Part shown: positions 46,382-47,362 of the stretch, one piece after another
Layout: the number at the start of each line of letters is the position of its first letter
Position numbering within the stretch: the first letter of the stretch is position 1
From: Gaiellales bacterium
Lineage (GTDB): Bacteria; Actinomycetota; Thermoleophilia; Gaiellales; JAICJC01
DNA: 47,362 nt
Assembly: GCA_051955775.1 (NCBI GenBank)
Contig: JBQCGJ010000094.1
Coordinates: 1 to 47,362, forward strand
Direction: 5' to 3'
Made by a program: the position numbers and the translations under genes
The notes under the pieces: generated by a model
The model's database searches: none
The model's input: the letters and a program-made list of their open reading frames with translations, nothing else
What the model was told of the DNA's origin: nothing

Positions 46382-47022
46382 GCGACCCGCGCACCGGCGC
46401 CGCGCTGGGGCTGCTCCCGGACGACGAGCTCCACCGATCGCTGCTGGCCTCGATCGTGAACGTTGCCCGAGCCATCTTCGGCGCCCGGGCGGCGTCGGTG
46501 TTCCTGCTCGACGAGGACGCTGACGAGCTGGTGTTCGAGGCGGTCAGCGGCGCGGGCGAGGATTCGCTGGTGGGTCGCCGGTTCCCCTCCAGCACGGGGA
46601 TCGCCGGCTGGGTGTTGACGACCCGGCAGCCGCTGGTGCTGGACGACGTCAGCCGCGACCCGCGGTTCGCAGCCCAGGCGGCCGAGTCGACCGGCTACGT
46701 GCCACGGGCGATCATGGCCGTGCCGCTGCTCTCCGGGGAGCGGTCGCTGGGCGTGCTCGAGGTGCTCGACCGCCCCGCGGGCGAGCGGTTCACGATGGAG
46801 CAGGCCGACCTGATCGCGATGTTCGCAGCGCAGGCCGCGATCGCGCTCGACCTGCTGCTGCGTTCACGCGCGGCCCGGGCGGCGCTGGACGATGGCAGCG
46901 CCGACACGGCGGTGCTGGCGCGCATCGCCCAGACGCTGCTCGACCAGGAGGACGAGGAAGACCGGCGGGCCGGCCGGGAGTTCCTCGAGGCGCTGGAACG
47001 GGTGCTGGCGCGGCCGCGCTGA
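46378..47022 (+). CDS. stand-alone GAF domain protein
   Basis: GAF-like core (ASVFLLDEDADELVFEAV...GIAGWV...AIMAVPLL...LGVLEVL). ATGA overlap with the S8 stop. Confidence 0.8.
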   Translation: MSDPRTGAALGLLPDDELHRSLLASIVNVARAIFGARAASVFLLDEDADELVFEAVSGAGEDSLVGRRFPSSTGIAGWVLTTRQPLVLDDVSRDPRFAAQAAESTGYVPRAIMAVPLLSGERSLGVLEVLDRPAGERFTMEQADLIAMFAAQAAIALDLLLRSRAARAALDDGSADTAVLARIAQTLLDQEDEEDRRAGREFLEALERVLARPR

Positions 47023-47064
47023 GCGGACTTGCTGGAGGGGCATGGCGATACTTCGAAAGGTGTG

Positions 47065-47091
47065 GGAAGATCGACGGCGTCAATCGCGTCT
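47065..47091 (+). promoter_or_regulatory. ECF-like promoter candidate GGAAG-N17-CGTCT
   Basis: The spacing and both half-sites resemble the generic ECF GGAAC-N16/17-CGT pattern. It lies 35 nt upstream of the micro-ORF start. Confidence 0.35.
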
Positions 47092-47125
47092 CTTAAGCAG
47101 CGTCCCACTACAGCAGGAGGTCAGT

Positions 47126-47296
47126 ATGGGAACCGATGAGCGCGAGGCTGGGAAGCACCCACGCGCCGACGGTGAGCCCGACGTCGAGGCCCACCAGCAT
47201 TTCCACAAGGCACGGGACGAGGAGCAGCCCAACCCTGAGGACCGCGACGACGACGACAAGCCGGACGTCGAGGCCCATCAGCACTTTCACAAGTAG
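47126..47296 (+). CDS. 56-aa His-rich acidic micro-protein with two PDVEAHQHFHK repeats
   Basis: An AGGAGG RBS sits 5 nt before the ATG. The two 33-nt repeats (47177-47209 and 47261-47293) differ at 4 positions, all synonymous. A terminator-like palindrome follows. Confidence 0.7.
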   Translation: MGTDEREAGKHPRADGEPDVEAHQHFHKARDEEQPNPEDRDDDDKPDVEAHQHFHK

Positions 47297-47307
47297 GTGG
47301 CGCGGAC

Positions 47308-47335
47308 GCGGCGGGCTCGATCGAGCCCCCCCCGC
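47308..47335 (+). terminator. GC-rich palindrome hairpin after the micro-ORF
   Basis: The perfect palindrome GGGCTCGATCGAGCCC (47313-47328) has flanking GCGG/CCGC. CCCCCTTT follows it. Confidence 0.5.
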
Positions 47336-47362
47336 CCCCTTTGACCCGCGCGGCCCCAGAAA

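Noticed and set aside
47243-47260. A DDDDK enterokinase-like site immediately before the second peptide repeat.
   Set aside because: This is a eukaryotic protease specificity. Here it most likely just reflects the acidic linker. It is mentioned only as a possible cleavage boundary, not as evidence.

Overview
This is a densely coding, very G/C-rich segment of actinobacterial type (possibly the Thermoleophilia/Rubrobacteria grade; that placement is inference only). No rRNA, tRNA or CRISPR array was seen.

Core content, left to right:
- glnA, then a triple-GAF HD-GYP phosphodiesterase.
- A DUF47-PiT phosphate transport pair.
- A minus-strand operon encoding a CARDB membrane protein, a DUF4446 protein and a GNAT acetyltransferase.
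- The conserved actinobacterial cell-envelope signalling cluster: an extra Ser/Thr kinase, fhaA, fhaB, pstP, rodA, pbpA and PASTA-pknB, here extended by ddl. Seven of its eight junctions are start/stop overlaps.
- gabT, dcd and an SDR.
- A SUF Fe-S assembly operon (sufC-sufB-sufD ... sufS-sufU-Rieske-DtxR-like).
- tatA and tatC.
- A Dam-like orphan adenine methyltransferase.
- Secreted phosphoesterases, including a Tat-signal PhoD-like enzyme.
- An NlpC/P60 hydrolase.

Most notable observations:
1. At the right edge sits an apparently uncharacterised module. It comprises an MFS-cNMP fusion, an ECF sigma factor, an 85-aa soluble partner, a cytoplasmic S8 subtilase and a stand-alone GAF protein. 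It is followed by a 56-aa His-rich micro-ORF behind an ECF-like promoter. That micro-ORF carries two copies of PDVEAHQHFHK that differ only at synonymous sites.
2. A RayT-type (IS200-like HUH) transposase flanked by inverted REP-like repeats is inserted between sufD and sufS. Further REP copies lie downstream of glnA.
3. A near-identical promoter/operator-like motif occurs upstream of both sufC and sufS.
4. A structured, non-coding 327-bp convergent intergenic region may encode an sRNA.
5. Several genes look leaderless, with a TANNNT box 6-8 nt before the start codon (10 nt for the DtxR-like gene) and no SD.

Many long ORFs in the six-frame track are antisense or out-of-frame shadows typical of high-GC DNA and were not called.
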